From positions 1 to 64,000 of the IMG/VR virus record IMGVR_UViG_3300032332_001507: a stretch of 64,000 nt of DNA. One strand, 5' to 3'. The notes under the pieces are model-generated. The model was given only the letters and a program-made list of their open reading frames with translations, was not told where the DNA came from and searched no databases. Positions 63,695 through 64,000 of the stretch are shown piece after piece; the stretch's first letter is position 1, and each line of letters opens with the position of its first letter. The stretch comes from a virus. Lineage: Duplodnaviria > Caudoviricetes. Both the position numbers and the translations under genes were made by a program.

Positions 63695-63724
63695 ATATAA
63701 TTAATAATTAAATAAATAAAAGTT

Positions 63725-63928
63725 ATGCGTTTAAATCGTACAGCAAAAATGGCATTTTGGAATGCCCGTAAGCAAAGTGGTGACACCAACCGTATTGCAG
63801 AGATGACAGGCTACTCAGTGAGCCACGTGTCAAACATGACAAACGGACGTCGCACCGTAACAGAAGATGTAGCTAACGCTATGTATTCAATCTCTAGCAA
63901 GCGCAAGAAGCTTAGCAAAATGGCCTAA
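63725..63928 (+). CDS. Small HTH DNA-binding protein
   Basis: RIAEMTGYSVSHVSNMTNGRR. Confidence 0.7.
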   Translation: MRLNRTAKMAFWNARKQSGDTNRIAEMTGYSVSHVSNMTNGRRTVTEDVANAMYSISSKRKKLSKMA

Positions 63929-63954
63929 ATGTAGGTCGAGACCATGTGTGTTTT

Positions 63955-63985
63955 AAGAGCGATTCGAAAGAGTCGCTCTTTTTTT
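63955..63985 (+). terminator. Rho-independent terminator
   Basis: AAGAGCGATTC-GAAA-GAGTCGCTCTT-TTTTT. Confidence 0.8.
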
Positions 63986-64000
63986 GGCGTTAGCAGAATT

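Noticed and set aside
1-64000. Alternative genetic code / stop-codon reassignment, as in some large Bacteroidota phages
   Set aside because: Conserved genes (polB, groEL, thyA, ligases) are full length in code 11, and TAA, TGA and TAG all occur at credible gene ends
1-64000. CRISPR array
   Set aside because: No regularly spaced repeats with unique spacers seen; the repeated elements are dispersed promoters and terminators

Overview
64 kb of a large, AT-rich dsDNA tailed phage genome (T4-like/jumbo-type gene content, genetic code 11), almost entirely on the + strand. The host is very likely Bacteroidota: about 20 copies of a fixed-spacing promoter (N)TTGG-N17-CGTATATTTA resemble the Bacteroidota -33/-7 consensus, Shine-Dalgarno sequences are generally absent, and one protein has a T9SS-type C-terminal domain. 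Contents in order: a 5'-truncated HPRT-like gene, folE, a GIY-YIG homing endonuclease, a MazG-like enzyme, family B DNA polymerase, sliding clamp, GroES/GroEL, clamp loader, a Cas4/AddB-like nuclease, a ~21.8 kb nucleotide-sugar/glycosyltransferase operon (14.1-35.9 kb), many small early genes (DksA-like Zn finger, HNH, ClpP, thyA, thioesterase, DenV-like, SLT, Pnk + RNA ligase, metallophosphoesterases, DNA ligase, DUF932), a putative holin/endolysin pair, tRNA-Leu(TAA) and nearby structured RNAs. The most striking unexplained structure is a repeated cassette layout. A second, strand-specific motif (ATATTTAT, putative late promoter) heads 1-4 gene islands inserted among early genes, each closed by a new early promoter and usually by an overlapping terminator. 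Several island proteins share an N-terminal M-(I)-K-L...(L/I)-x-E leader resembling a capsid-targeting/prohead-protease signal, fused to unrelated cargo (ADP-ribosyltransferase-like, zincin, unknowns). One island is flanked by a 52-bp direct repeat. All functional calls come from recognising motifs by eye; no searches were run.
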